This document shows, one piece after another, positions 25,500-38,493 of a DNA stretch of 64,000 nucleotides; within the stretch, counting starts at the first letter, position 1, and every line of letters starts with the position of its first letter. The stretch spans positions 126,914,001-126,978,000 of the forward strand of contig NC_042999.1 of NCBI RefSeq assembly GCF_006345805.1. The letters are read 5' to 3'. Origin of the DNA: Octopus sinensis (taxonomy: Eukaryota). The position numbers and the translations under genes are program-made. The notes under the pieces are model-generated. The model was not told the origin of the DNA. It saw only the letters and a program-made list of their open reading frames with translations, and did not search any database.

Positions 25500-25918
25500 T
25501 TGTGGGAAAACAAATTTCCAAATCAATCAGGTGCAACCCTTCAGCGCTATATGCATTTACATATTGTACTTTGGGGTCTTATTTATCGTATATTTATATA
25601 TTTATCTATAAATATACAAAATATCAGATAAAAGTCAATATCAATTCAATTTTGGGGGATTAATCGATATATGGGTTTTCTATTTCAGATAACACAAAAA
25701 TAACCTAATGAGTATAACTGACAGTAAACTCATGGTATCAGTTTGCACATCACAAAATAACACTTAAAGGATATAACCAATATTTCCAGCAGAGTATATG
25801 ATATACTTTGTTAATTATATCCTACTTTAGTTAATACTTATATTTATTAAATATGAAGGAACTACACATGTTTCAGTATTGGAAGATTACAATATATATA
25901 CTTATACACAACTGTGTA

Positions 25919-25960
<42 letters not shown>

Positions 25961-27560
25961 CATATATGCAATCATCAGATTTACAATTATTCCAATACTT
26001 CTTCAGGTTCTATTTCAAAATATTATATATCTAATTTTACATTCCATTAAAAATAAGCAATACAATTAAGCATTAAAGATTAACGATTAAGAATAAAAAT
26101 CATACTTTGTAATATTAAGAATTAAAATATATAAATTATACATTATAAATATGAATTAGTTTATATATCAATCCTGTAAAATCAAGTATATGTCAAATAC
26201 AGAATGTGAGATATAAGATTAAACATCAGAATAAAAATGTCTGTGTTTAAATGTGATATATAACAAGAAAAATTCAAATGCATATCTTCCTTTTTTAGCT
26301 GGTACTAAACTGGTGATTTGAGGAAGAAGATAGCAGGGAACTATGGGTATTTATAGGTGAATAGTACCAAAGGGTGTAATTACACTATACATAGTTTTAA
26401 TTTTAAATTATCCTCTATTGTTATTTTCAAATCTACCTATATTAGGAGGTATATATAATTTGTTATTATATAATTTTAGTAATATTTAGTTCATATATAT
26501 ATATATATTTTAATTATTGTATTATTATTATTTAAAAATTTTTTATATAGTCTATTCAAGTACTTTAGAAATAAAATTATGTGGTTATTTGATTCAGGGG
26601 TTGGGGGTTCAGTACTTCATTTTATTAAATGTAAAATTACTTTGGTACCTATGCTTAACTCCTCATTCATCATGTGTGTTCAGTAATTCATCTCTAGACT
26701 GTAATAGTTTCATAAATTCAGTCATGCATAATAAACACATTTTATCCCCAATTTTATAGGAGTGGGCTCTACCTATAATACTCCAATTAAGGGTGTACTC
26801 TCTTTTTCTAGATTTCAATTAAGCCTGTAGACTTACTTAAATTGGAACTTTTAAGGTCTGGTAATGTTGGGATATACTTTTTTTAAATTTCATTAGCTGT
26901 TGATCCAATATAAGCTTTATTTTTAATTTTATTATTATTGTTCTTAGAGCTAACTATACGTTTACAAATTACTTTATCGATATTACAATTATTAGATAGC
27001 TTACATTTAGTCTTATCAAGACATGAACATTTTTCTAAATGTTGATTAAGACTTCTATCACTACTTGTTATATTATGGCTAGAGCTATTATAATAATTAT
27101 TTAATTTCTTATTATTTATAGAGGAAATGATATTGCCTACATTTCTCCAAGTTGAGTATCCCACTCTTATGGTTTTATTGGAAAATATATTTGAATAACT
27201 ATTGTCCTTTCTAAAAAACATTTTTACTGTTTTAAGTGTCTCCTTAATAATATTAGTTATGACTTGATCCCCATACGGAATAATTAACCATATAATATCC
27301 ATTTTATTTTTTATATTTTTTATATTATAATTATTAGTAGACATCATCAGTATTAAATTGTTATTCTTAGGTATATTATATCTCTTTATGTATACTTTAC
27401 TATGTTTCTTACTCTTGATCATTATTACTTTTATTATTGTAATCATTATTAAGAACTATATTATTTTTATATTTATCTAGTTTGTTATATTGTCTTTTAT
27501 TATTATTATTCATATTTTTACTATTACATTTATTATTAGTTTTATTAGGAATACTTGTTA

Positions 27561-27618
<58 letters not shown>

Positions 27619-28105
27619 TCCATAATAATTAAAGAACTTTATATTAGAGTTGTATCCTGCTTCTTTTAATGCTTTATAATAATATGGGGCATGTTTATTA
27701 AAAGTGTCATAATCTGAGGATAGCATAGATATTCTTTTACCTATATTATTTATTAAGGCTTCTTTAGCTGATTTGGGATGGTTACTTGAAGAACTAATAT
27801 ACTTTAGGTTTTCATTCAACTTATGCAATGTATGGATCTTATTAGTGACTAGATTAAGGTTGACGTCTAGATAATTTACTGCATAATGTATGTCTCTATA
27901 GATATTCCTAGGCTATTATTCTTAAAGAACTTGTATATTTTCTTCTTAAGGCATTCTAATGACCTATTAGTACAGTTCTTAGTTATAAGTAGTAGGTCAT
28001 CCCTATAAAGACCACCCTCTATATTCGTGAATTCTATTTCTAGTTCAGATAAGAGATATAAACCTACAAGATCGGTAACCTTGGCTGAATGCCAGGGCTG
28101 AAGTT
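25500..28105 (-). mobile_element. Penelope-like element, 5'-truncated: RT C-terminal half, GIY-YIG endonuclease, 3' non-coding region
   Basis: AKVTDLVGLYLL and GGLYRDD (27996-28007), NENLKYISSSSNHP..LINNIGKRIS.LSS, then CSC..KC...C, KAYIGST (about 26898-26916) and WSIIGRAHSY...CLLC. Frameshifted. The outer 3' boundary is approximate. Confidence 0.9.
25859..26010 (-). ncRNA. Type I hammerhead ribozyme in the Penelope 3' region, with a 105-nt stem II loop
   Basis: Minus strand GAAC-CUGAAGA-AGUAUUGGAA-(105 nt)-UUCCAAUACU-GAAAC-AUGU-GUA-GUUC. Core is perfect, stem II is 10 bp, stem I is 4 bp, stem III is palindromic ACAUGU. Confidence 0.8.
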
Positions 28106-28320
28106 TGCTCCGGAATCTTATCAGTCATTAAGACAAACAAAAACGCTATGAAAAAAATTCCTCTATTTTACATAATATCAAGGTTTCATTCGTTCTCTTG
28201 TTATCATATTAATATTATTAATATATATATATATAGTTGAAATTTATAGAAAAGCAAAAGACGAAGACATGTGAATGAACAACAAGCAGGTGTATTAGTT
28301 TGATGCTCAAGAAAGTAAAA

Positions 28321-28360
28321 AAGTCTTATATGTTTCGAGCCTACACTCTTCAACAGAAAG
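28321..28360 (-). ncRNA. Decayed variant hammerhead-like motif
   Basis: Minus strand CUUU-CUGUUGAA-GAGU-GUAG-GCUC-GAAAC-AUA-UAAG. Stem II and GAAAC are present, the 5' core is non-canonical, and stem III is broken in this copy. Confidence 0.4.
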
Positions 28361-28514
28361 GAATAAGAGAAAATAAACAGAGAATGAAAAAATCTTGTGG
28401 ATTTAGTGGTCAAGCTATATATATATATATAATACGTTCGTGTTAGATTGACAGTATACAACCATTCTATCGCCCCACCACCGTACATGTCTCTACGAGA
28501 GATTTAGAAATTTA

Positions 28515-28550
<36 letters not shown>

Positions 28551-29515
28551 GAAAAAAGTTAGGGATCTATACAAAGCAAATTATTATATATAAAAGATGG
28601 AGGTGGAAATAGCACAGAAGTAAGTCTAAGACATTTCAATTTAAGAGGGATTTTAATAAAAATGATTTTAAAAATTCTGCTGTGTCTGAGGAGAGTCATT
28701 TTCTTTTTGTGCCTAATAATGTAACACACTCACCTGTAAAATTTCCACTTATTTCTTATTTTTATTTTCCTAAAATTTTTGTTGTGTCTTGCAACCTTTT
28801 CAATAGTCTTGACTCTGTCTGTTATTTACACTGCATTCCTTTTTGTTTGTTTGTGCACATGTGTGTGGGTCAGTGTGTGTGTGTGTATGTGTGTGCCTAT
28901 GCATATATGCATGTACGTATGTATGTATGCATGTATGTATGCATGTGTATGTATATATATGTGTGTGTGTGTATGCATATGTATATATGTATGTATGTGT
29001 GTGCATCTGTATGTATGTATCCTGCATATTCATGTGCTTGCATGTCCGTGTTTGTGCATTTTCTATGTATGTGTGTGTGTGAGTGTGTGTTAGTATATGT
29101 ATGCACCTCTGTCTTCTTGTGTGTGCATGTCTGTGTGTGTGTTATGCAACTATGTACCATGTTTGTATGTATGGATGTGCATCTCTATATGTGTGGATCT
29201 CTGTCTCCATATGTGTCCTTGTGTGAGTAAAGTGTGTGTGTATATATGGTCATGTGTTTCACTCTCCATTTGCATATGTGTGCTTGTCTGTTCTTATAAC
29301 ATATGTACCTATCCGTCTGTATGTTGATCTGTTTATTTTCAGATCCATATGCTTACATACAAAAAAAAAATTATAAAAATGCATGTGCATACACACACAC
29401 TCACACCCACACACACACACACATACATCTATCTACATAACAGTCCACTAACTATTCTAGTCATCCCATTGCTTTTAGACTTTATCTATTTTTGACATGT
29501 TAGTGATATGATTAA

Positions 29516-29734
29516 CCCTTTAGCTTTCAGAGTATTCTATCAAGTGTAATGCTCATTTATTCACATTGTTTTTATCAATCATGCATTATTTTCTAACTTT
29601 GAGATTTTGATGTTGTGACTATAGAGTTTTAGACTGACATTGTAGGCTAGGTGTGAGAGGCTGGATCTAGTTGGTATGAATATAAAACAAGTACAGTATT
29701 TTGGCCTCATATGGCTGGTTTAAATGCTAAAGGG
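29516..29734. mobile_element. piggyBac-type MITE
   Basis: TTAA|CCCTTTAGCTTT...AATGCTAAAGGG|TTAA: TTAA TSD and CCC..GGG TIRs. A second copy is at 61562-61998. Confidence 0.85.
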
Positions 29735-30349
29735 TTAAAAGACATTCAAAACTAGTGATATGAAAATTCTCTCATATTAATTTATTTCTATATCGAATTT
29801 TTCAATGTGTGATTTTGTTTGAAATAGTCATGAACAAGAGTGCTTCTACAGAGTTGCTCAACTTGCTACAAGTAACAGCTAAATCTCCCTCAAGTAAAAG
29901 AATAAAAATAAAAGAACATCATTTTCAAAAAAAAAAAGGAAAAAAGATAAAATAAGAAGAAAATACTTTGGATAATGTCATCCTGGATACACTATCACTG
30001 GAAAAAATAATGATGAACTGGATATAGATAAAACACTTTTGACCATGGGTCTGATTTATCAGTACTGATCTCTGATTAAATAATCTAATCATACAGTTTA
30101 TCAGATTCGGTGTGAATGGAGATTGAAATATGCTTCATCCTCTTATATAATTTCTTTATGTAGTATAATAAACTGAGTATTTTCTGCTAGTGCCACATAT
30201 ATTCACCAATTTCATTTTCAGCTGCATATCTATAGCATCAATCAGTCAATTACCCAAGGTCAATTCAATTCATCATATAATGCACTTTGCAAAAAAGAAT
30301 TCTATGACCAAATAGAAAAAAAATAAAGCATTATATTGTTGCTGTATAG

Positions 30350-30440
30350 ACAGAAGCATAGCATATACATCCTCAACATCTTGGCTTTCAGCATTTGGGA
30401 AGCAGATTACTTTTGGCAGCGAGATATTAATTTCAGACAA
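30350..30440 (+). CDS. Candidate host exon (QKHSIYILNILAFSIWEADYFWQRDINFRQ)
   Basis: Acceptor TTGTTGCTGTATAG|, donor |GTTTGT (alternative GTATGA at 30458), in unique sequence. Two frames are open and no homology is recognised. Confidence 0.2.
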
Positions 30441-30689
30441 GTTTGTGCTTCAAAGTTGTATGAATGTGTCAGTTCTTTATTTCTTATTCCTCTTAATTTA
30501 TTTTTGTTGATTTTTGTTATTTGTGTATCTTTGTATTTCTTTGTCTGTGGAATACTGAAAACAGTATTTTGGCCAAGGTATAAAAATGTGGAGGATCAAA
30601 ATCTGACCTAGCAGAGTTTTTTTTACTCTATTCACCTGAAGATGTGCACATACGACTATTGTTGAGTGATATTAATGCAGAGTTGTGGT

Positions 30690-30950
30690 AAAAAAAAAAA
30701 AGGTAAAGTTTCCTTCTTGAGTCATACTGACTCATAAGGCCCAGTTTCCTGGTTTCCATGGCATAAATATTCCCTACCTGGATGGGATGCCAGTCTGTCA
30801 CAGAATTACTCATTTTTGCCAGCGGAAAGGACTGGAATAAAATGAACTGAAGTGATTTGCTCAAGAACACAACATGTTGCTTGGTTCAAGAATCAAAATC
30901 ACAATCGTACAATCATGAATCCAACACTCTAACCAATAAGCAATGTGCCT
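30690..30950 (-). mobile_element. SINE family C variant
   Basis: Reverse complement carries CTTGAGCAAATCACTTCAGTTCATTTTATTCCAGTCC and a tRNA-like head. Confidence 0.65.
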
Positions 30951-31386
30951 CCACCAATGTTGTGTATAATATATATAACATTCAGCCATGAGCAGTTGGT
31001 AATAATGTGTTGAAACAATTGTAATGATATGTTATGAAGCCTGTTCAATCCATCTTTTCATATTAACATTTTATATAACATATAAAGGGCAAGCTGGGAG
31101 AATTGTTTGCACATCAGGCAAAATTCTTTGTGGTATTACATCCATCTTTAGATTCTAAGTTCAAATCCTGCTGAGGTACTTAGTTTATTGACACTGAAAA
31201 ATGAATCATCCTCAGTGGAATTTGAACTAATAACGCACATAAAGATGGATGAAATGCTGCTAAGCAGGCCAGCGGTTTCATCCTTTCAGGGTTGATGAAA
31301 TAGATACCAGTTAATCATGGGTCAATGTAATCAATTTGCCCCCTTCCCTGAACTGATGGCCTTGTGCCAAAATTTGAAACCAATAT

Positions 31387-31418
<32 letters not shown>

Positions 31419-31429
31419 CATACATACAT

Positions 31430-31497
<68 letters not shown>

Positions 31498-32516
31498 TTT
31501 ATGTATACACACACACATACACAAAAACATATCCAAGGTGGACCATAATGATGGGATATATTTTAAATGCCAATATCTTGGATTATAAAAATGACATAGA
31601 GTATCACATATATGTATTATGTAAATGTCCCATCATTATGGCCCACCCTCTATATAAACGAAAGAAAGGTATTCTATTCCACAGTGGTAGAAATATAGGA
31701 AAAAGAAGTTGAAAATGTGCTGGGAGTCTTTTAGAAAATTTATTTTTAAGGGCGTAGCTGGTTTTACAGATTTTTCTGATTTTCAAAATCTATTGCAGTT
31801 AGACATTTGGATGCCTAACTGCAATAGATCATCAGGGAAACATTTTATTGCATTCTGTTACAGAGATCTAATATCATAGCTCATAACAGTGCTACATACA
31901 GTGGTTGACTAACCACTATATGGGAAGCTGACTGCATGTGGAGCCCTAACTCATACAACAGTAGTCATACATTTAACTGTACCCACAAGATATACTTACA
32001 TACATACATATATATATATATGGATGTATATACATATGTATACAAATATATACATATGCATACAAATGCATACACATGCATGTCCATGTACACACAAACA
32101 CACACGCATACACACAAGCACATGCACACACACATACACACACACATACAGTATATATAGCAGGTAGTAATTTCAAGGAGATTTGGTTACTTTCTGTCTG
32201 GCAGATTAAATGACAATATAGGGGCTCATTCATTGGGCTTGTCATTGAGTGGTTGGTGGTAAGAGCTGTATGAATAATTATTTTAACAGATTGCAAATGT
32301 CCAACTTACTTTTTTTTTTAAATTATCCCACCCATGCTAAAATGGAAAAAAATGGATGTAAAACATTCCCTTTTTTCTTTGTCAATATTGAGAAAAAGAA
32401 CATAATACTCTAAACAAATTATAAAGTTTATTGAATTACTTATTATTATTGATGTTATTATTTCATATATGTGCAACATATTAGATTGTTGGAAAAAAAT
32501 ACCCTTATTATTATTA

Positions 32517-32567
<51 letters not shown>

Positions 32568-32989
32568 TATTATTATTATTATTTTTATATGTCATAGTAT
32601 TACTATTGTCTTATTTATAAAGGTAATAATTTTTCTGATCTTTGACTATTATTTTACTGCTGTTTCAGTGCAAAAACCCAAGAACTAAAGCTCCTGATAT
32701 TTAATTGATTTCAGAAATTCAGTTCAGACGTCTTCTGTTTCTGTATGAATTCAGTTTAATATCCCTATGGGGTCATTTGATTGAAAAACAATTTCTCAGT
32801 TTGCGCTATTAAACAGAAACTTGATTTGATTAAAACAGAAATGTTTCGTACTAAAGTTTATTGTCAGCATAAATTTGACAGGAATTACAAATGATATTTA
32901 TTTTGCAAACATCTTGAAAACTTATTAGCAATTGCCTTTCTATTTCATATAGTTTTATTTATTTGTTTGTTCATTTATTTACATTTGAC

Positions 32990-33110
32990 AAGTGAGGTCC
33001 TAGTAAACAAAACTCAGTTTCTAGTTTGAGCTATTTTCATGATGATGATGATGAGGATGATGAAAATAGCTCAAACTAGAACTTGAGTTTTGTTTACTAA
33101 GACCTTACTT
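32990..33110. repeat. Hairpin: 51-bp inverted arms around a (GAT)n loop
   Basis: 32990-33040 versus the reverse complement of 33060-33110, 4 mismatches. Confidence 0.9.
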
Positions 33111-33286
33111 TGAGCTATTTTACTTTATTTATTTTGTTATAGAACATTTACATCTCCCACTTGCAGTACCTTGCTCTGATATCAGCAAAAAAAAAAAAGC
33201 AAATATTATTTTGATCACTTAGCTGGAAAAAAACAGCAGTACTCATTGCTACTATAGGGCTTCCAAGATTATTAGGACATAGGTAC

Positions 33287-33510
33287 TCTTTACTCTTTTA
33301 CTTGTTTCAGTCATTTGATTGTGGTCATGCTGGAGCACCACCTTTAGTTGAGCAAATCGACCCCAGGACTTATTCTTTGTAAGCCTAGTACTTATTCTAT
33401 CAGTCTCTTTTGCCGAACTGCTAAGTCAAGAGGACGTAAACACACTAGCATCAGTTGTCAAGTGATGTTGGGGGACAAACACAGACACATAAACAAATAC
33501 ACACACATAC

Positions 33511-33585
<75 letters not shown>

Positions 33586-33752
33586 TATACGACGGGCTTC
33601 TTTCAGTTTCTGTCTACCAAATCCACTCACAAGGCTTTGGTCGGCCTGAGGCTATAGTAGAAGACACTTGCACAAGATGCCATGCAGTGGGACTGAAGCT
33701 GGAACCATGTGGTTCGTAAGCAAGCTACCTACTACACATCCACTCCTATGCC
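33287..33752 (-). mobile_element. SINE family A, full length
   Basis: Head, central TA microsatellite and tail all match 53257-53680. Confidence 0.88.
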
Positions 33753-35004
33753 TATGTAGGGAGGGAGGGGAAAAAAGTATTGCCATGTCAGAAACCTAGT
33801 CTGTATGCTTGTAACAGAGTGGACTCTGCTAAAAGTACCCAAGGGTCAGTGGGAGATGTTAAACTGTGACAAATTAAGTCCTTCACCTAAATAGGCCATG
33901 GTAGGACTTGAACTCAGAACACAAAGAAGTAGAGCAAATACCACAAGGCATCCCATCTGATATTTTTAACAATTGTACCAGTTTATGGTAGTAAACTGGT
34001 ACTTTATTTATCAAAACTGAGAGGATGAAAAGCAAAGCTGACCTCAGTGGGGTTTGAAATCAGAATGTAAGGAGCTGGAATAAATACTGCAAAGCATTTC
34101 ATCCAGTTCTCTAACAACTCAGCCAATTTGCTATCTTTACTTTATAAATTGACCAAAGTAGACCCAGGAAGGGAATTGATAGATGTTATTACCAGAAATG
34201 TAGCACAACTGACAGGATTAATAATATATGTGCTTTTGGTATCCTTGAACAACAAGGCTGAACATCTTTCCCTTTGCTTCCAAGGCCTCTGTCACTCATC
34301 ATCTAATGATAGAGAACAACAACAGTGAAAGAAGAGAACAGTCCTTGTTGCTTTGTATTGGAATATCTATTTGACTTTTTTTTTCTTTTAACTGGTTTCA
34401 ACCTCTGAGCTGTGGCAATACTAGGGTTTTTAGTCAATTATATCCACCTCAGTACTTTGGAATTTGTTTTATCATGCTCTTTTTATTGAATGTTTTATTC
34501 TTCTCTTGACATAAAGGATGAGACTCACACATTCTATGCAATGATTGTCATTTTGAACAAGTTATGTTGTTAACATACAAAGTTTCTCTGAAACAAAATA
34601 TTATAGGCAACATTGATCTATATTCGCATATACATTATAAATGTTGCACACTTTTAATCTAATGCTTTTTCAAATGCCTATATTGATTTAAATTGAGCCT
34701 GGCCAGCTTCCACACAAATCAGTGAACGTTTTGTTCACTGATTTTTAAGCTGGAATAAATGTTCTGACTTAGCCCAGAATGACTAGGGATGTTTATCACT
34801 GAAGAGACTAAATAAAGTTGAAACTCAGGTGTCTGAATACTGACTGATGTCATTCTGAGCATTATGTGCTTGTAACAAGCAAAGTCCCTTAAGAGAGGTT
34901 TCTCTGAGACAAACTATTTCATCTAGCATTGTTCAATATTTGCATGTATCGATTATAAATGTTACACACATTGTCATCTATACTTGTTGATACACACACA
35001 CACA

Positions 35005-35753
35005 CACACAAGCAAAATGACCGAATGCATCAAGCTGAGATTGCATCAGGTTTTGCCAAAAGCTTGGTGATACTCAAGTTCAAACCATCCAGAAAATTCA
35101 TCAGACTTTTGGTGATGATGCCTTGGGCAAAACTCAGATTAAGGAGTAGTACAAATGCTTCAAACATGGCGGCATTTCAGTAGAGAGTGAGGAATGCTCA
35201 GGCAAGCCATCCACAAACTGAAACAATGAGCCAATTGAGAAGGTTTGGTGAATAGTCATAGAAGACCATTGTGTAACAATCTAGGAAATTACTCACGAAA
35301 TGGGAATAAGCACAGGAGAGTGCATCCCATTTTAATGGAAGATTTGTGCAAGCAGAAAGTGTCAGCAAAAAGAGTAACGTTAGATAGTCTTTGAATGCAC
35401 CTCGTAATCCAAGCATTTATGTTCAAAAATAATGCACTATTTGTTTGGCAGGCTCCCTACTCCTCTGACTTGGCACCATGTGACTTTTGACTTCTGGTCC
35501 TTCTCCAATCTGAAAACCATTCTGAAAGGGAAGTGATTTGAGTTGTGAGGGGAAATAATGAGAAAAACACCAGCCTAAGTCCATAGCATTCACGAGAATG
35601 TGTTCCAAACTCATTACTGGCATTGGCAGAACCACTAGGAGAAATGTGTGAACTTCCAAGGAGAATATTTTGAAGGTGATTAAATAAAATTTGTGAAATG
35701 TACAAAACTAAAGTATCTAACCTAAAGGTTAGATACTTTTTGAACACACCATG
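35005..35753 (+). mobile_element. Decayed mariner transposon (internally deleted, 5' TIR lost)
   Basis: FCQKLGDTQVQTIQKI..TFGDDALGKTQIKE*YKCFK..ESEECSGKPST, YS(S)DLAPCDF, KCVNFQGEYFEGD*, then TTTGAACACACCATG|TA as 3' TIR. Confidence 0.85.
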
Positions 35754-36061
35754 TACTGTGTGTCTCCTCAGTCAAAGCTAGCCTCCACCGCCCAATCAAT
35801 GAATCTAACAATAGTATTGAGTCTTGTTTATAGAAATCACTAAACAAATTATTTATTGATGCATGTTGATGTCCACCATATTGATAATAATTCCTGAGGT
35901 GCATGTAAAATAGTGGGTATCCAAGCAAGAACTTATTTATTCATTCTCAAAAAGCTTTTATATGTATATACTCATGTACTGAATTTTAATTCTTCTGTTT
36001 GTTCAATCAAACCTTTACACACACATGCATGCACACACATACACGCACACACATACATGTG

Positions 36062-36107
<46 letters not shown>

Positions 36108-36187
36108 ATATATATATATATATATACAGATATATATACACACATACACATGATAACATGATATCAATACATATGTATATGTATATA

Positions 36188-36567
36188 CACTTGCGTCAGA
36201 AATTAATTAGCACTTCTCAAATTTCTACATTAAATAGGTTAAATCAATTAACCTATGAGCTGTTCAAAACGTCTTACGCGATGAGAAAACTTAGTATGGT
36301 GTGATTTCGGTCCTTGCGAGGCGCTACCTATATCTATTAAACAAAGGAAGATTTGTCTGCATCCGCACTCCAAGTTGTTGTTGCACTGCTATGTCAACAT
36401 CATAAGGCTGTAGACTCTCAAACTGCTCTGCAAACAAAGTTACGTCATCGTTCTGCGCAACAGTGAACTCGCAACAAAGCAATAGTTCGAGATATGGCCA
36501 CTAGGTGACAGCACATACCTTGAGTGAAGAGCAAATCAAGGGTGCTAATTAATTTCTGACGGTAGTG
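36188..36567. mobile_element. Tc1/mariner-type MITE, 380 bp
   Basis: TA|CACTTGCGTCAGAAATTAATTAGCAC ... GTGCTAATTAATTTCTGACGGTAGTG|TA: 26-bp TIRs with 2 mismatches and TA TSD. Confidence 0.9.
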
Positions 36568-36960
36568 TATATGTACATAGGCTACATAGGCACATGGAAA
36601 GAATGGCATTGCTGTATGGTTAAGAAGCTTGTCTCCCAACCATATGGCTTCATATTCAGTCTCATGGTATGACTTCTTGGGTAACTCTCTTCAAGTTGTA
36701 AGTGAATTTTGTAGATGGAAACTGAGAGAAGCTCATTGTATGTAAGTCTATATATATATAACAATGATGACATACATATATACATAAAGTATATTTGCTG
36801 TGTAGTAAGAAGGTCGCTTCCCAACCACATGGTTCTGGGTTTAGTCCCACTGTATGACACTTTGGGTAAGTGTTTTCTACTATAGCCTTGGGCTGACAAA
36901 GCTTTGTGAGTGGATTAGATAGATGAAAACTGTAAAAAGCCCATTTCATATATATATATG

Positions 36961-38239
36961 TTAGGTTGTCTGGAAGGTTCTGAGTGTTTTTAAGCTAAAT
37001 CTTTTAATGTTTTAATGTAACACAGTTAAAACTTTGCTGTTGCTTGAAGTGGTAGTGCATCTCTTCTTTGCTTTTGACTAAAAAATAGATCTATCTTTCA
37101 TTGTGGTTACCCTTTATTAACATTTGAAGTGGATAGCCAAGCATTTCATATTCACATTGTAATGCTTTTCTTTTTCAAAAAAAAGGAGAAAATGCTACAA
37201 TAATTTGCAAAAACATTTGTGAAGTTTATGGTAATGATACTGCAGATGAGTCAAATGTTTGAAGGCAGTTTGCAAAATTTAAAGCTGGAGAGTTTAGCTT
37301 GGAAGATGACAGTCATGGTGGAAAACCTTCAAAATTGGATGAAAATGGTTTGAAGGCAAAAATCAAAGAAAACTCAAATATCACAACTAGAGAACTTGCA
37401 GAGGATCTGGAAGTTTCTAAAAGTACGGCTCATGAATACCTAGTGAAGCTAGGATATATTTCTCACTATAATGTATGGGTTCTTCACAAACTCTTAGAAA
37501 AGAATTGCTTGGATTGGTATTCTATTTGTGATATACTTTTTAAATGGAATGAAAGTATAGCTTTTTTTGAAACAATTTGTGACTGGAGATAAGAAACAGA
37601 TTGTGTACAAAAACATAGTGTGAAAAAGATCCTAGAGTTTGCATAAGGATCCTCCAAAACAGCAACCAAAGATGAATGTCCATGCCAAAAAAAGCTATGC
37701 TTTGTGTATAGTGGGATCATAAAGGCATTATGTATTATGAGCTTCTCCCACAAAACCAGACCATTAATTCTGATGTGTACTGTTGTCAGCTGGCTAATTT
37801 GAACCCGAAAATCAAAGAATTGGGGCCAGAGATTGCCAGCAGGAAAGAGGTAATGTTCCAACCAGACAATACCTGGCCACATGTGTCTTTGGCTATCTGA
37901 ACAAAGTTACATGAACTTGGTTAGGATCTCTTAACCCATCCACCATATTCTCTTGATATTGTGCCATCCAGCTACCACTTTTTTTTGTCTCTACAGAACT
38001 CATCACAAAGAAAAACATTTAACGATTTAGATGAAGTCAAACTGCATCTAGATAACTTTTTCCTTCAAAACTAGTCAAATTTTATGCTGATGGAATATTT
38101 AAATTGCCTGATAGATGGGCAAAGATCATTTATAGTTATGGAAATTATTTCATTGAATAAAATTTATTGAGAGGTCAATTATTTTTTATACCCCTTTTTG
38201 CAAATTAAAATAATGCTCAGAACTTTTGAGATAACCTAA
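36961..38239 (+). mobile_element. Full-length (1279 bp) decayed mariner transposon
   Basis: TIRs TTAGGTTGTCTGGAAGGTTCTGAG / CTCAGAACTTTTGAGATAACCTAA. Transposase remnants: KFKAGEFSLEDDSHGGKPSKLD..TTRELAEDLEVSKST, WVLHKL (WVPHEL-like), HPPYSLDIVPSSYH (YSPDL-like). Contains stops and frameshifts. Confidence 0.92.
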
Positions 38240-38282
38240 TATATATATATATATATAGATATATATATATATATATATGTAT

Positions 38283-38447
38283 ATAAATTAGAAAAAAAAC
38301 CCACCTTTTATCAATTGAATAATGAAAAATTAAATTATACCATTTAGAAAAATTACATATTATAAAAAGATTAAATATAAGATAAAACATATAACAATGA
38401 TTAAGTAATGTGCAAAATAGTATAATAATACAAATAATATTCCCTCA

Positions 38448-38451
<4 letters not shown>
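38283..38451 (+). mobile_element. AT-rich mini-element, linear copy of the family folded back at 53990-54294
   Basis: Matches 53990-54120, and its end is the reverse complement of 53901-53920. Confidence 0.65.

Positions 38452-38493
<42 letters not shown>

Noticed and set aside
28095-28140. Hammerhead at the Penelope 5' junction (minus CTGATAA...CAAAC)
   Set aside because: Two core mismatches and no stem I or stem III partner.
34175-34310. Minus-strand exon-like peptide RPWKQRERCSALLFKDTKSTYIINPVSCATFL
   Set aside because: An in-frame stop lies between the only good acceptor and the peptide, and there is no homology.
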